The position numbers and the translations under genes were made by a program. The notes under the pieces were generated by a model. It was not told the DNA's origin, ran no database searches, and saw nothing but the letters and a program-made list of their open reading frames with translations. A DNA stretch of 24,832 nucleotides from a virus (taxonomy: Duplodnaviria; Caudoviricetes): the IMG/VR virus record IMGVR_UViG_3300017766_005104, positions 1 through 24,832 of that record. One strand, given 5' to 3'. Shown here piece by piece: positions 6,056-15,032 of this stretch (its first letter is position 1; each line of letters starts with the position of its first letter).

Positions 6056-8005
6056 CTACTTGGCATCGGCCCAGCTACTACCAAAAGAAGCTTCCGCCAC
6101 GATAGGCACCAACTGACAAACTACCGAACCCGCGGCTTCCATAGCTCCGGCTAATGTTTTCGCCCACTTCTCCACTACCCCATCCTCAACCTCGAGAACG
6201 ATCTCGTCGTGCACCATGGCAATAAGCATCGCTTCCTCTGGCTTAGCCGCTTTTATGTTGTCCCATATCATCGCGATGGCAATCTTAGCGATGTCACCCG
6301 CTGTACCCTGCACTTGCGTGTTGATTCGCGTAGTGTATTTATCATTAAAGCCTGTCAGTATCCTACGCCTACCATACCTAGTAAATACAGCGCGCGTAGT
6401 CTTATTGCCTTCTTGCATCTGCCACTCATAAAGCTGGGGATACGCTTCACGAAACCCAGTAACAAGACCCTGGGCTTCTTCTAGCTCCATATCTACACCA
6501 TACTGTGCAACAGCTTGCTTCCTTAACGTAGCAGCACCTGCCCCATACAAAAGCCCGAAATTACAGAGCTTCGCAGAAGTACGCTCTTTCTTCGTAATAG
6601 TATCAGCACTTTTACCTGTCACTAAAGCCGCGGTCTCTGTGTGTAAGTCCCGCCCAGCTCGGTACGCCTCCAGCATGCGCTCTTCACCAGATAGCTCCGC
6701 GGCCACCCTCAGCTCCACCTGACTGAAGTCAGCCACAACCAAGGTGTAACCCTCACGAGCGCGAAACAGGCGCCGAAACTCCCCCTCCCGCGGCACTTGC
6801 TGAAGATTCGGACCTGAGCAACTCAGCCTGCCCGTCTCTGTCCCCATCTGCCGGTACCCCGCATGGATCCGCCCGTCCGGTCCAATCGAATCCAGCAGTT
6901 TCTCAATGTGAGACACACGGGTTACAGCCGCCTTCCACTCCATGTACATGGCCACGAGCTCGTACTCCCCCTTCAGAAACGCCAGCAGGTTCTGATCCAA
7001 ACTCGGTGCTCCCTTCTCGTCCGGTGGTAGCAGAATGCCCGCCTGCTCAAACCGCTCCGCCATCTGCTTCGGAGAGCGCGGGTTGAACCCCTTGTAGCGC
7101 TTGGTTCCAGCGCGGATCGACCCCGAGTCCTTCTCCCGTGTGTTTAAGGCCCCGTCCTCATCCCGCGGTAGCCACACCGCCGGCTCATCTGGCTTCTCCT
7201 GTTTGATCGCCAGATCCAACGCCTCGAGGAATGTCGTCTTAAGCGTCTCAGCATTGTCTTGCAATGAGACTTGCAGCGCCGCGGCAGACACCGCATCAAA
7301 TCCAAACCCGTTCCACTGCATCCGAGCGATGGGCCGAAGCGCCATCATCTCCAGCTTGAAGATGTCCCACAGCGTCACCGAGGGCGACACCTCTGACTCC
7401 TTCAGCGCTGCTACGAGTGCGGGCACCATCCTCGGTAGACACACCGCGTCCCGGGCGGCATAGCGGACCATCTCATCCGAGATCTCCCCTGCCCAGTTGG
7501 CCTTCTGTAGCTCCTTAGGCAGCGGCACCTTCAGCACACGGCTTACCAGACTCCCCAGGTCGTTCTTTGCCCCTGTGCCGTTGTTCACCACCTTGGCGGC
7601 AATCATCGTGTCGAAGATCGATCCTCCGAGCTCGACACCTTCCCCCGCTAGGAAGTTCAAGTCGAATGCAGCATTCTGCAGCACCTTCTTTTTTGGCCCC
7701 TCGAGCAACGCCTTCAGCTGACGTAGCCCTGGTGCATCCCAAGGCAGCTGCCGCCCGCCCTCGGTGCGCCAACCTTCCACATCGACCACCAACGCATAGT
7801 CGCAACTTGCGACTTGGATGAGACGCACGCGATTCACCAGTGGATCCAGGCCAGTGGTCTCTGTATCCACGCCCAGCGGACCCACTGCCTCCCCGAGCTC
7901 GGAAACGCGCCGGGTCAGCAATGCCGCAGCCTGTGGACCACGAATGAAGTCGAAATCCACATTATCTAAAGCTTCCTTGTGAGCAAGGGATTCATCGGAC
8001 GGCAT
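6056..8005 (-). CDS. polA: Family A DNA polymerase with 3'-5' exonuclease domain
   Basis: ExoI DTETTGL, ExoII NAAFDL, ExoIII YAARD; TGRLSC..PNLQQ; motif A DFSQVELR, motif B KLCNFGLLYG, motif C VHDE. Confidence 0.97.
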   Translation of the reverse strand: MPSDESLAHKEALDNVDFDFIRGPQAAALLTRRVSELGEAVGPLGVDTETTGLDPLVNRVRLIQVASCDYALVVDVEGWRTEGGRQLPWDAPGLRQLKALLEGPKKKVLQNAAFDLNFLAGEGVELGGSIFDTMIAAKVVNNGTGAKNDLGSLVSRVLKVPLPKELQKANWAGEISDEMVRYAARDAVCLPRMVPALVAALKESEVSPSVTLWDIFKLEMMALRPIARMQWNGFGFDAVSAAALQVSLQDNAETLKTTFLEALDLAIKQEKPDEPAVWLPRDEDGALNTREKDSGSIRAGTKRYKGFNPRSPKQMAERFEQAGILLPPDEKGAPSLDQNLLAFLKGEYELVAMYMEWKAAVTRVSHIEKLLDSIGPDGRIHAGYRQMGTETGRLSCSGPNLQQVPREGEFRRLFRAREGYTLVVADFSQVELRVAAELSGEERMLEAYRAGRDLHTETAALVTGKSADTITKKERTSAKLCNFGLLYGAGAATLRKQAVAQYGVDMELEEAQGLVTGFREAYPQLYEWQMQEGNKTTRAVFTRYGRRRILTGFNDKYTTRINTQVQGTAGDIAKIAIAMIWDNIKAAKPEEAMLIAMVHDEIVLEVEDGVVEKWAKTLAGAMEAAGSVVCQLVPIVAEASFGSSWADAK

Positions 8006-8028
8006 ACTCGGTTAAATGCAGTGGTTGT

Positions 8029-8250
8029 GTGGACGACCTTACTCTTAGATTCGCCCAAGAAGCAGCACTAAGGCAGATCGATGATTGTACCAATATAGCA
8101 GAGCTAAAAGCTCTAGCTAAAAGTCTCATTAAGTCTCACTTTACATCGCGCAGCTTCATAGCAACACTCTTGCTCCGCGAAACAACCCTGGGGCCCAGCC
8201 CCAGCTACCAGGCCGAGCTCGATGACGAGCTCCCCTGGCGCCAGGGCTAA
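8029..8250 (+). CDS. nblA: NblA-like (phycobilisome degradation adaptor-like) protein
   Basis: 73 aa, two amphipathic helices (LTLRFAQEAALRQIDD / IAELKALAKSLIKSHFTSRSFIATLL) with NblA-like hydrophobic spacing; exactly fills the polA-primase gap. Confidence 0.5.
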   Translation: MDDLTLRFAQEAALRQIDDCTNIAELKALAKSLIKSHFTSRSFIATLLLRETTLGPSPSYQAELDDELPWRQG

Positions 8251-8260
8251 GAGCGCAACA

Positions 8261-11014
8261 TCAACCCCAATCGGTGTCCTCCCAATCTCCGTAGTCCTGC
8301 GTAGAACCGGGGGTCCCATATATCTCCGAGGCCGTGTCCAAAACCTCCGGCGTATTTTCCGAAACCGCTGTGCTGGAGAGGGTTTCAGCCTCGGAGGTTT
8401 TGGACAACCCCTCTGTGTGTCCAAAACTGTCCGAAACCTCTAGGGGCATTTCGGCAGCGTTTTCCACAAAAGTTTCCACAGGCAGCTCGGTCTCGTGCGT
8501 CTCAGTTGAGACTGTGCCTTGCTGAACTGTTTCGACCTCGGAGGTTTTGGACACTTCGGGGTTTTGGACAATTTCGTCTGTACCCTGTCCAAAACCCAAA
8601 TCCCTTCCAGCACAAGGAGTTCCAAAGAAAGAAGGAGGGTTTTGGACACTCCGACCCTCGTATATAGGGGCTTTGACAGAAAAACCCACCAGAGGGCGCC
8701 CCCCTTTCTGTCCCGGCTGTCGCACCCGAGTTTCTTCCACGAGGCCGGCAACAACCCACCGCTGCGCCCACCGCTTAACCGTCTTCTCACTGACGATCGT
8801 CCCCGGCCCCCTACGCCCCGCCAGCCGGCTGTTGAGCGCGTAGCGCAGCTCCTTAGCTGTCATCGGCGCTTCCGCTTCCTTGAGGATCCCGAGAACGATC
8901 GTCCGTGGCGTCTCATCGCCCTGCCCACCGTTCTCTCGGGTCACAGTCGGGGTGAGATCCTCAATGCTCAGCGCTTCCTCAATGTCCTCCTGCACCAGGA
9001 AGCGATCCCCACCCCGCATGCCCCGACTCTTGTCGATTTCGAGGATGAGCGCATGATCCCCGTACTGAGCGCGCTCCTCGTCCGTCAGGTCCTTCAGTTC
9101 CCAGGTCTCGTGCACCGCATTCCGCAGCGTGTCTGTGCCGCGGAACTTCGTCCCGTCCTTGGTGTTGTGGTGGATCCACAGAAATGTCGTCGGTGGGAAC
9201 GCCGTCCCGTTCTCCCGCGCCAAGCGGTACAGCGTGTTCGAGTACTCCTTCTCGTACTCCTTGGCCGCAATCATCGTGCTCACCGACGTGAGTGAGTCGA
9301 CTACCACCAGTACTGGCTTGAGCTCTTGCAGCCACCGCAAGAGCACCCTGTACTGGCTTTGTTGCCACTGCGGTTTGAATCGGAACCAGGTATCGGCACC
9401 GGTCGAGTCAATCCCCTGCTGATCCAGGTACTCCGCATAGTCCGTCATCGACATGTCGTTGCCGATGAACAGCACATTCCCCGAGACCGTCGGCTCGACC
9501 GTCAGCCCCCGCACCTTCATCGGCAGCTTCTGGCCCACGATCTTGGCCAGCAGCACGGCAAGGCGCGTCTTACCCATCCCGCCCCTTGCGTGCAAGAGAA
9601 TCGAGCTCGGTGCCGACACAAAGTCCGGGATCAGGTAGTCCCGCTGCCCGCGCATCTTCTCCTGCCACTGCGGGTCTTCCTCTACCTGCTCCTGGTGCAG
9701 CAGGAACCGCTCGAGCGCTGACTCCACCTGCGGCCCCGACTTGTACACGTGCGTCAGCCCGGAGTCCCGCACCAGCTCCATCAACTGGTAATGCGCGAGC
9801 TCGGCATTGTCGTACCCGTTGATGATCTTCTCGGCTGCCGTAAAAAACTCCTGCCCCGATAGCCGTTTCAGCGGTGCATCTTTGATGGTGACCTCGGTCG
9901 CCGTTGCGCACGCCGGGTAGTCGTACCCCAGCTCCACGGCCAGCTCCGCCACATAGGCCTCGAGGGCGGGCCCACTCGGACGCCCAGCGTGCATGTCCTT
10001 GGTGCGGATCTTGTGGACGAAATCGAGCACGTCACCACCTACACCACACGCTTTGCAGTCCCAGCAACCGGTCTCTTCCGCGTACTGGAATGTCGTCCCG
10101 CTCTGCCCCCCGTGCCACGGGCAGCCGCTCATGCGCTGGGGCTTATCTCCACCGCGGCTCTTCCACCCGTACCGGTCAAACACCTCGTGGTTGAACACCA
10201 GATCAGCCAACCGCGGCCGCAGCAGCGACTGCACCTCCTCCTTGAAAAACCACCCACGGATCTGACGTGGCGGGACAGCTGTCTGCCCCCCGAGCTCGCT
10301 CATCACCTCCTTCTGCTCAGCCTCGGACAGCCATTGCACCGGCTTCCGATGTGGGCGCAGCACATCCAGCACCCACTGCGGTGCCGTCTCTACCTTTCCG
10401 CCGTTGTAGTTGAGGAACCGATAGGGCTGCTTTGTTTCCGGGTGTGGTGAGCCAGGGACCACGCTCTGACAGGCGTTGAACCGCAGCACCACCTCTTCGT
10501 AGGCAGCCCCACTGATCGCGTCCACATCACCACCGGCACCCCGGTTTGTATCCCCATGCCCCAGGTGCCACTGCCCATCGTCCGTGCGCAGGATCAAGGT
10601 CTTCACATCCCCGAGCTCGGGAACCAAACGCTTGGGTACCTGATACAGGATCTGCCGACGCCCGGGCTTACCCGAAGTCCACGACATGGTCCGCTCCTCG
10701 CCATAGACCTCGTACTCCGATCCCGCCACTTCGCGATAGCGCTGATCGGCGTCAGGCCCATCGATGTCGAGGGCTATGAGTCCCCCCGAGAACGAACCTG
10801 TCACCACACCCAGGCCTACGTATTCCTGCCTGAGCTGGTAGGCCGTCATGCACTCAATCCGCGTCAACGGCTTAGTGCTCCACTCCTTTACAAAGGTGGC
10901 TTTTCCCGCAACTGGCACAAAAGCCCATCCATCTGGAAATACATCACGTCGTAGCAATTCGATAGCTCGCCCCTTTAAGAGATCCGAGCTATTGCCATTG
11001 AGCTCTTTGTCCAT
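8261..11014 (-). CDS. Multidomain replication protein: Prim-Pol N-terminus, CHC2-type zinc finger, RecA-like AAA_25 helicase, wHTH, low-complexity tail
   Basis: GLGVVTG...LIALDIDG and QSVVPGSPHPET..Y; CPWH...WDCKACGVGGDVLDF; Walker A ARGGMGKT; Walker B LVVVDS; IHHNTKDG..FRG. Confidence 0.9.
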   Translation of the reverse strand: MDKELNGNSSDLLKGRAIELLRRDVFPDGWAFVPVAGKATFVKEWSTKPLTRIECMTAYQLRQEYVGLGVVTGSFSGGLIALDIDGPDADQRYREVAGSEYEVYGEERTMSWTSGKPGRRQILYQVPKRLVPELGDVKTLILRTDDGQWHLGHGDTNRGAGGDVDAISGAAYEEVVLRFNACQSVVPGSPHPETKQPYRFLNYNGGKVETAPQWVLDVLRPHRKPVQWLSEAEQKEVMSELGGQTAVPPRQIRGWFFKEEVQSLLRPRLADLVFNHEVFDRYGWKSRGGDKPQRMSGCPWHGGQSGTTFQYAEETGCWDCKACGVGGDVLDFVHKIRTKDMHAGRPSGPALEAYVAELAVELGYDYPACATATEVTIKDAPLKRLSGQEFFTAAEKIINGYDNAELAHYQLMELVRDSGLTHVYKSGPQVESALERFLLHQEQVEEDPQWQEKMRGQRDYLIPDFVSAPSSILLHARGGMGKTRLAVLLAKIVGQKLPMKVRGLTVEPTVSGNVLFIGNDMSMTDYAEYLDQQGIDSTGADTWFRFKPQWQQSQYRVLLRWLQELKPVLVVVDSLTSVSTMIAAKEYEKEYSNTLYRLARENGTAFPPTTFLWIHHNTKDGTKFRGTDTLRNAVHETWELKDLTDEERAQYGDHALILEIDKSRGMRGGDRFLVQEDIEEALSIEDLTPTVTRENGGQGDETPRTIVLGILKEAEAPMTAKELRYALNSRLAGRRGPGTIVSEKTVKRWAQRWVVAGLVEETRVRQPGQKGGRPLVGFSVKAPIYEGRSVQNPPSFFGTPCAGRDLGFGQGTDEIVQNPEVSKTSEVETVQQGTVSTETHETELPVETFVENAAEMPLEVSDSFGHTEGLSKTSEAETLSSTAVSENTPEVLDTASEIYGTPGSTQDYGDWEDTDWG
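8335..8648. repeat. Iteron-like cluster of TGTCCAAAACC in both orientations, putative replication origin
   Basis: Perfect copies at 8335(+), 8396(-), 8543(-), 8560(-), 8586(+), 8638(-); 10/11 copies at 8418 and 8428. Confidence 0.8.
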
Positions 11015-11043
11015 TACGATTTCAGCAGCAAGTGAAGGCCAAG

Positions 11044-11072
11044 ACCCTCCGCCACAAGCGGGGGGTTTTTTC
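11044..11072 (+). terminator. Terminator-like hairpin in the divergent intergenic region
   Basis: CCTCCGC-cacaa-GCGGGGG followed by TTTTTT; the G-U pair favours + strand RNA. Confidence 0.55.
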
Positions 11073-11171
11073 TTGGCCGTGTTTCACCGTAACGAGCTAC
11101 CAGATCCCCGACAACCCACCGCGGTAAGTCTCACGAGACTCACTGATTATTGCGAGTTTTCCTGCAGATCG

Positions 11172-11200
11172 TTGACGAAGTCACGCCAATCCCGTACGAT
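11172..11200 (+). promoter_or_regulatory. Sigma70-type promoter upstream of the SSB operon
   Basis: TTGACG-17 bp-TACGAT. Confidence 0.75.
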
Positions 11201-11267
11201 CTGCTCACGAGGCCGGGAAACCCCCGACCTCTGGCACATCACCCACTATTTACGGGATTTCGCCCCC

Positions 11268-11801
11268 ATGTCCACGTTCCTTTCAAAAGGTGCCATCGAG
11301 GAGATCTCCAAGGAGTCTTCCAGCGCCGGTCGCTACCTGAACCCATCCAAGATCACCGACGAAGTCCGAGTGCGCTTCTTCGGTGAAGGCGCGACAGGTT
11401 TCGAGGCCTGGACCACCGACAACAAGCCCATCCGCTGGGAAAGCAAGCCCGATGAGCTCCCCTCCAACATCCGCCAGCAGGAGGGCTACCAAACCGTCAA
11501 GCGTTTCATCGCCGGTGTGGTCTACGACTACTCCTCTGATGACTTCAAGATCCTGCAGATCACTCAGAAGACTCTGATGGATCAGCTCTTCAAGTTCATC
11601 TCCGACGAAGACTACGGAGACCCCACCGGCTACGACGTAAAGATCGGCAAAACCGGTGAAGGTAAAAAAACCGAATATACCCTAGTAGCCGCACCTCCTA
11701 AGCCGGTCAAAGCTGACCTTCAGGCACGCTTCGATGACCTCACGTGTGACCTGACTCGCCTCTACGACGGTGAGGATCCATTCGCTGAAGCCTCCGCCTA
11801 A
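11268..11801 (+). CDS. Putative single-stranded DNA-binding protein (gp32-like OB fold)
   Basis: ATG 11268; VRVRF...YGDPTGYDVKIGKTGEGKKTEY and acidic DGEDPF tail; next to replication genes. Confidence 0.72.
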   Translation: MSTFLSKGAIEEISKESSSAGRYLNPSKITDEVRVRFFGEGATGFEAWTTDNKPIRWESKPDELPSNIRQQEGYQTVKRFIAGVVYDYSSDDFKILQITQKTLMDQLFKFISDEDYGDPTGYDVKIGKTGEGKKTEYTLVAAPPKPVKADLQARFDDLTCDLTRLYDGEDPFAEASA

Positions 11802-11808
11802 CAGCCAC

Positions 11809-11833
11809 AGGGGAGCTATCCGCTCCCCTTTTT
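11809..11833 (+). terminator. Rho-independent terminator
   Basis: AGGGGAGC-tatcc-GCTCCCCT then TTTT. Confidence 0.85.
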
Positions 11834-11845
11834 ACTTAGTACCTC

Positions 11846-12079
11846 ATGGACACCACACAGCTGCTCGGACGCAACATTCGCTTCCATCTCTTCCGCACCC
11901 GGCTAACACTGCGCGATGTCGCCGAAGCCTCTGGCATATCCCCCTACTCTCTTGGTCGCATGGCCAGTGGCAAAACCAAGCTGATCGATCCCAACGTTCT
12001 CGCCGATCTAATGCGTGTCTTCCGCTGCGACGCCAACGCGCTGCTCCTACCCATCGAGGGCGTCCCCTATGACGGCTGA
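11846..12079 (+). CDS. XRE/Cro-C1 family HTH regulator
   Basis: LTLRDVAEASGISPYSLGRMASGK...L..L...F.C....LL. Confidence 0.85.
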   Translation: MDTTQLLGRNIRFHLFRTRLTLRDVAEASGISPYSLGRMASGKTKLIDPNVLADLMRVFRCDANALLLPIEGVPYDG

Positions 12080-12749
12080 CCTCATCCGCGGCCTACCCAA
12101 GTACGAACCAGTCCGCTCCCACGAGAACGGTGAACGCAGCTACTCCACACCACTTGGATCCTGCAGCTCCGTTACCACAATCCTGAGCGGCACCCGCGAT
12201 AGCTCCGGCCTGCAAGCTTGGCGCGAGTCCGTCGGTGAAGCCCGCGCAGACTTCATCTGCAACCTCGCCAGCTTCCGCGGCACCCGCCACCACGACGCTG
12301 TCGAGCGCTACCTACTCGACGGCACCGAGCCCGGCTTCGACTTCCTCAACACGCCCTACTGGAACAGCACGCGCAGCTTCCTCAACCGCATTCGCCGTCC
12401 TCTCGTCTGCGAAGGAGCTATCTACCACCCGCTCCGCTACGCCGGCACGTTCGACTGCATCGCTTATCTAGAGGACGATGGTGAACAGCCCTCTTTGCTG
12501 GACTGGAAAACAGCCGATAAAGTCCGCAACCCAGCAAAGATGTACGAATACTCGTTGCAAGTTGCTGCTTACACCGCCGCCGCTAATTACGTCTACAAAC
12601 CACAAGGCCTAAATATCACCCGAGCGCTGATCGTCGTAGCTATCCCCGACGAAACGCCTCAAATCGAAGAGCTCTCGCTCCGCAAGCTCACCCAGTACAT
12701 GCAGCACTTCGAGGCTCGCATCAAACGCTTCACCCGGTCCCGCGCATGA
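12069..12749 (+). CDS. PD-(D/E)XK exonuclease (Cas4/RecB-like phage exonuclease)
   Basis: ATG 12069; SVTTILS, RGTRHH...E, YAGTFDC, LLDWKT, Y.LQVAAY. Confidence 0.88.
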   Translation: MTADLIRGLPKYEPVRSHENGERSYSTPLGSCSSVTTILSGTRDSSGLQAWRESVGEARADFICNLASFRGTRHHDAVERYLLDGTEPGFDFLNTPYWNSTRSFLNRIRRPLVCEGAIYHPLRYAGTFDCIAYLEDDGEQPSLLDWKTADKVRNPAKMYEYSLQVAAYTAAANYVYKPQGLNITRALIVVAIPDETPQIEELSLRKLTQYMQHFEARIKRFTRSRA

Positions 12750-13135
12750 GCGAAACCACCCCTATCCACGCTCTGGTCAGCAACGTCATCGGAGGCTCCC
12801 TCCTAGTGCAGCACGCCAACGCGCTGGACATCGATCCCGAGCTACTCGCTGACCCCAGTAGCCCCGAGTCCTTCGAGCTCTACCGCAAGCTCACCACGCA
12901 CCTAGGCCTCGACTTTGAAGTCGCCGCTTCGCACGTTCTGAGCTCCGTGACAGCACTGCTCATCGACGCCGAGGTCAAGGACCACAACGTCCGCTACCTC
13001 GCCACCGCGCTCTGGAAAATACTCGGCGATCCTGCCCATAACGGCGACGAACCCCCACCGATCTACAACGAAGCCGCCAAGGCGATGTACGCCTGGACCC
13101 TGACCCTTCTCCACCCCACTTTTATCCGCCCCTGA
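12746..13135 (+). CDS. Hypothetical protein
   Basis: ATGA-coupled 129-aa ORF with typical codon usage. Confidence 0.75.
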   Translation: MSETTPIHALVSNVIGGSLLVQHANALDIDPELLADPSSPESFELYRKLTTHLGLDFEVAASHVLSSVTALLIDAEVKDHNVRYLATALWKILGDPAHNGDEPPPIYNEAAKAMYAWTLTLLHPTFIRP

Positions 13136-13137
13136 TC

Positions 13138-13749
13138 ATGCTCATCGGTATCTACTCTCCCGCCGCCGGCAGCGGCAAATCTTCCGTCGCCGACCACCTG
13201 GTTACACAGCACGGCTTCACCCACCTCAGCTTTGCCGAACCGCTCAAGTCAATGATCAGCTCGCTGCTCTATGACTTCGGCTATAGCCCTCAGGACGCGC
13301 ACCACGCGACACACGTCGCCAAAACCGCCCCTCTCCCCGAGATCGATGACAACGTCGACGCTCGCCACCTACTCCGCACCCTGGGCACCGAGTGGGGTCG
13401 TAGCTGCGTCCACCCCGACATCTGGCTCCGCTGCTGGACTTCCCGCTACATGCGCCTCCAGCTCCACGGCATCGAGCGCGTCGTTGTAGACGACATGCGC
13501 TTTCTCAACGAAGCCGCCCTCCTCGATCGCTTCGGCGCTCATCTCTGGAAAGTCACGCGCCCGGGAACCGAGCGCAACACCGACCACGCCTCTGAAGGCG
13601 GCCTCGACCACCTCCACGCCCTGACTGACCCCGAGAACGACTGCTCCCTCGCCTTCCACCACATCATCGAAAACGACGAATCCCTCGACGCGCTATACAG
13701 CCAAGTAGACGACGTCCTCGCGTTTGACTACTTCTCCGAAGTCATATGA
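13138..13749 (+). CDS. Deoxynucleoside monophosphate kinase (T4 gp1-like)
   Basis: P-loop PAAGSGKS, FAEPLK, LGTEWGR, VVVDDMRFLNE, HASE.GLD. Confidence 0.88.
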   Translation: MLIGIYSPAAGSGKSSVADHLVTQHGFTHLSFAEPLKSMISSLLYDFGYSPQDAHHATHVAKTAPLPEIDDNVDARHLLRTLGTEWGRSCVHPDIWLRCWTSRYMRLQLHGIERVVVDDMRFLNEAALLDRFGAHLWKVTRPGTERNTDHASEGGLDHLHALTDPENDCSLAFHHIIENDESLDALYSQVDDVLAFDYFSEVI

Positions 13750-13931
13750 GCTCACTATCCGTAGTCGAATTGCGTGCCCACTCCACCAACGTTGAAGACC
13801 ACATAGCCAGAGTGCTCAACGACTTCAGCGAAATCACTGGAGTAGCCGTCGAAGCTTTAACAATCACTCCAGCTTCCACCGCCGATTCATTCAGCACCAC
13901 ATACTACGTTCAGCTAAAAATCACCCTCTAG
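13746..13931 (+). CDS. Hypothetical protein
   Basis: ATGA-coupled 61-aa ORF. Confidence 0.6.
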   Translation: MSSLSVVELRAHSTNVEDHIARVLNDFSEITGVAVEALTITPASTADSFSTTYYVQLKITL

Positions 13932-14134
13932 TGGATCAGCATCTCGCCACCGTCCTACCGCAGTACATGCGGCTCGCCTCCAGCGCATCTGCCGAAACCA
14001 TCCGTTGCAACCCCGTCACCGGCCCCTACAGCGAGCTCTACTTCAAACTCGCTCGCCAGCACGGCCTCACCCACGCCCGAGCCTGGCTACTCGGCTCACT
14101 GGTCCGCGACCTTCACAGCTCCGCTGCTTCTTGA
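13931..14134 (+). CDS. Hypothetical protein
   Basis: GTG start overlaps the upstream TAG; 67 aa. Confidence 0.6.
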   Translation: MDQHLATVLPQYMRLASSASAETIRCNPVTGPYSELYFKLARQHGLTHARAWLLGSLVRDLHSSAAS

Positions 14135-14140
14135 TCAGCG

Positions 14141-15031
14141 ATGTCGGACCTCATCTCCCAGTACCTCAGTGACATCTCCCGGCATCCGATCCTCTCGCGC
14201 GAAGCCCAGCTCCGTCACGCCTATCGCATCCGCGCATGGGTCGACTACACCCCACCCGGCTCCACCGAGCCCGACCGCTCCGCCGCCCCCGCTCACATTG
14301 CACGCCCCGGCAAGCGCTCCCTGGACATCATGGTGCGAACCAACCTGCGCTTAGTTGTCCACCTCGCCAAGCGCTATCAGAACCGAGGCCTCGAACTCAG
14401 CGATCTGATCCAGGAAGGCAGCCTCGGTCTCATCCGAGGCATCGAGCTCTTTGACCCAACCCGCGGATACGCCTTCAGCACATACAGCTATTGGTGGATC
14501 CGCCAATCTATTTCACGCGCAATCTATAACTCTTCCCGCACAATACGGCTACCAATAAACGTGCAGGATCTTTCTACCAAGATCAAACGCGCTATGCACA
14601 CGCTGACTGCCTCTTACGGCAGGCCCCCTTCTATCGATGAGCTCAGCACCGAGCTCGAGCTCCCCCCTGAGCGCATCACCGAGACCTTGATCAGCTGCAC
14701 CATTACCAGCTGCACCTCCATTGACGCCCTATGTCAGCTCTCTGATGCCCCCATCTCCGAGGTACTCAGCTCTGACAACCCGACCCCGTCAGAAAGCCCA
14801 GAACTCACCGTATCCCTCATCGAGCGCGAAGAGCTTCTACAAAAAGCCCTCGCGACCCTCGACCCTACGCAACTCCTTGTGGTCCAAGCGATCCACTTTG
14901 AGCAACGCAGCCGCCACGAGCTATCCGACGAGCTCGGTATATCCCGCTATTGCATCTCATCGATCTACAAAAAAGCTATGCACAAACTAAGAGTAGAGCT
15001 CACTTATAGTTGGGATGCGTTTAACGAGTGA
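14141..15031 (+). CDS. RpoD/SigA-family (group 2-like) RNA polymerase sigma factor
   Basis: Region 1.2 YLSDISRHPILS; region 2 NLRLVVHLAKRY..RGL...DLIQEG..GLIR..E.FDPTRGY.FSTYSYWWIRQ; RTIRLP; region 4 HTH. Confidence 0.95.
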   Translation: MSDLISQYLSDISRHPILSREAQLRHAYRIRAWVDYTPPGSTEPDRSAAPAHIARPGKRSLDIMVRTNLRLVVHLAKRYQNRGLELSDLIQEGSLGLIRGIELFDPTRGYAFSTYSYWWIRQSISRAIYNSSRTIRLPINVQDLSTKIKRAMHTLTASYGRPPSIDELSTELELPPERITETLISCTITSCTSIDALCQLSDAPISEVLSSDNPTPSESPELTVSLIEREELLQKALATLDPTQLLVVQAIHFEQRSRHELSDELGISRYCISSIYKKAMHKLRVELTYSWDAFNE

Positions 15032-15032
15032 G

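Noticed and set aside
8335-8648. Repeat cluster as a CRISPR array
   Set aside because: Units are 11 bp, in mixed orientation, irregularly spaced and inside a CDS. The Cas4-like nuclease is a common stand-alone phage exonuclease.
6056-11014. Aminoadenine (Z-genome) system, suggested by Prim-Pol plus PolA in a cyanophage
   Set aside because: No purZ, datZ or mazZ-like gene is visible in the window, and PolA motifs look ordinary.
10848-11267. N-terminal extension of the SSB ORF in the track (317 aa)
   Set aside because: It overlaps the primase start, a terminator and a clear promoter; ATG 11268 is the plausible start.
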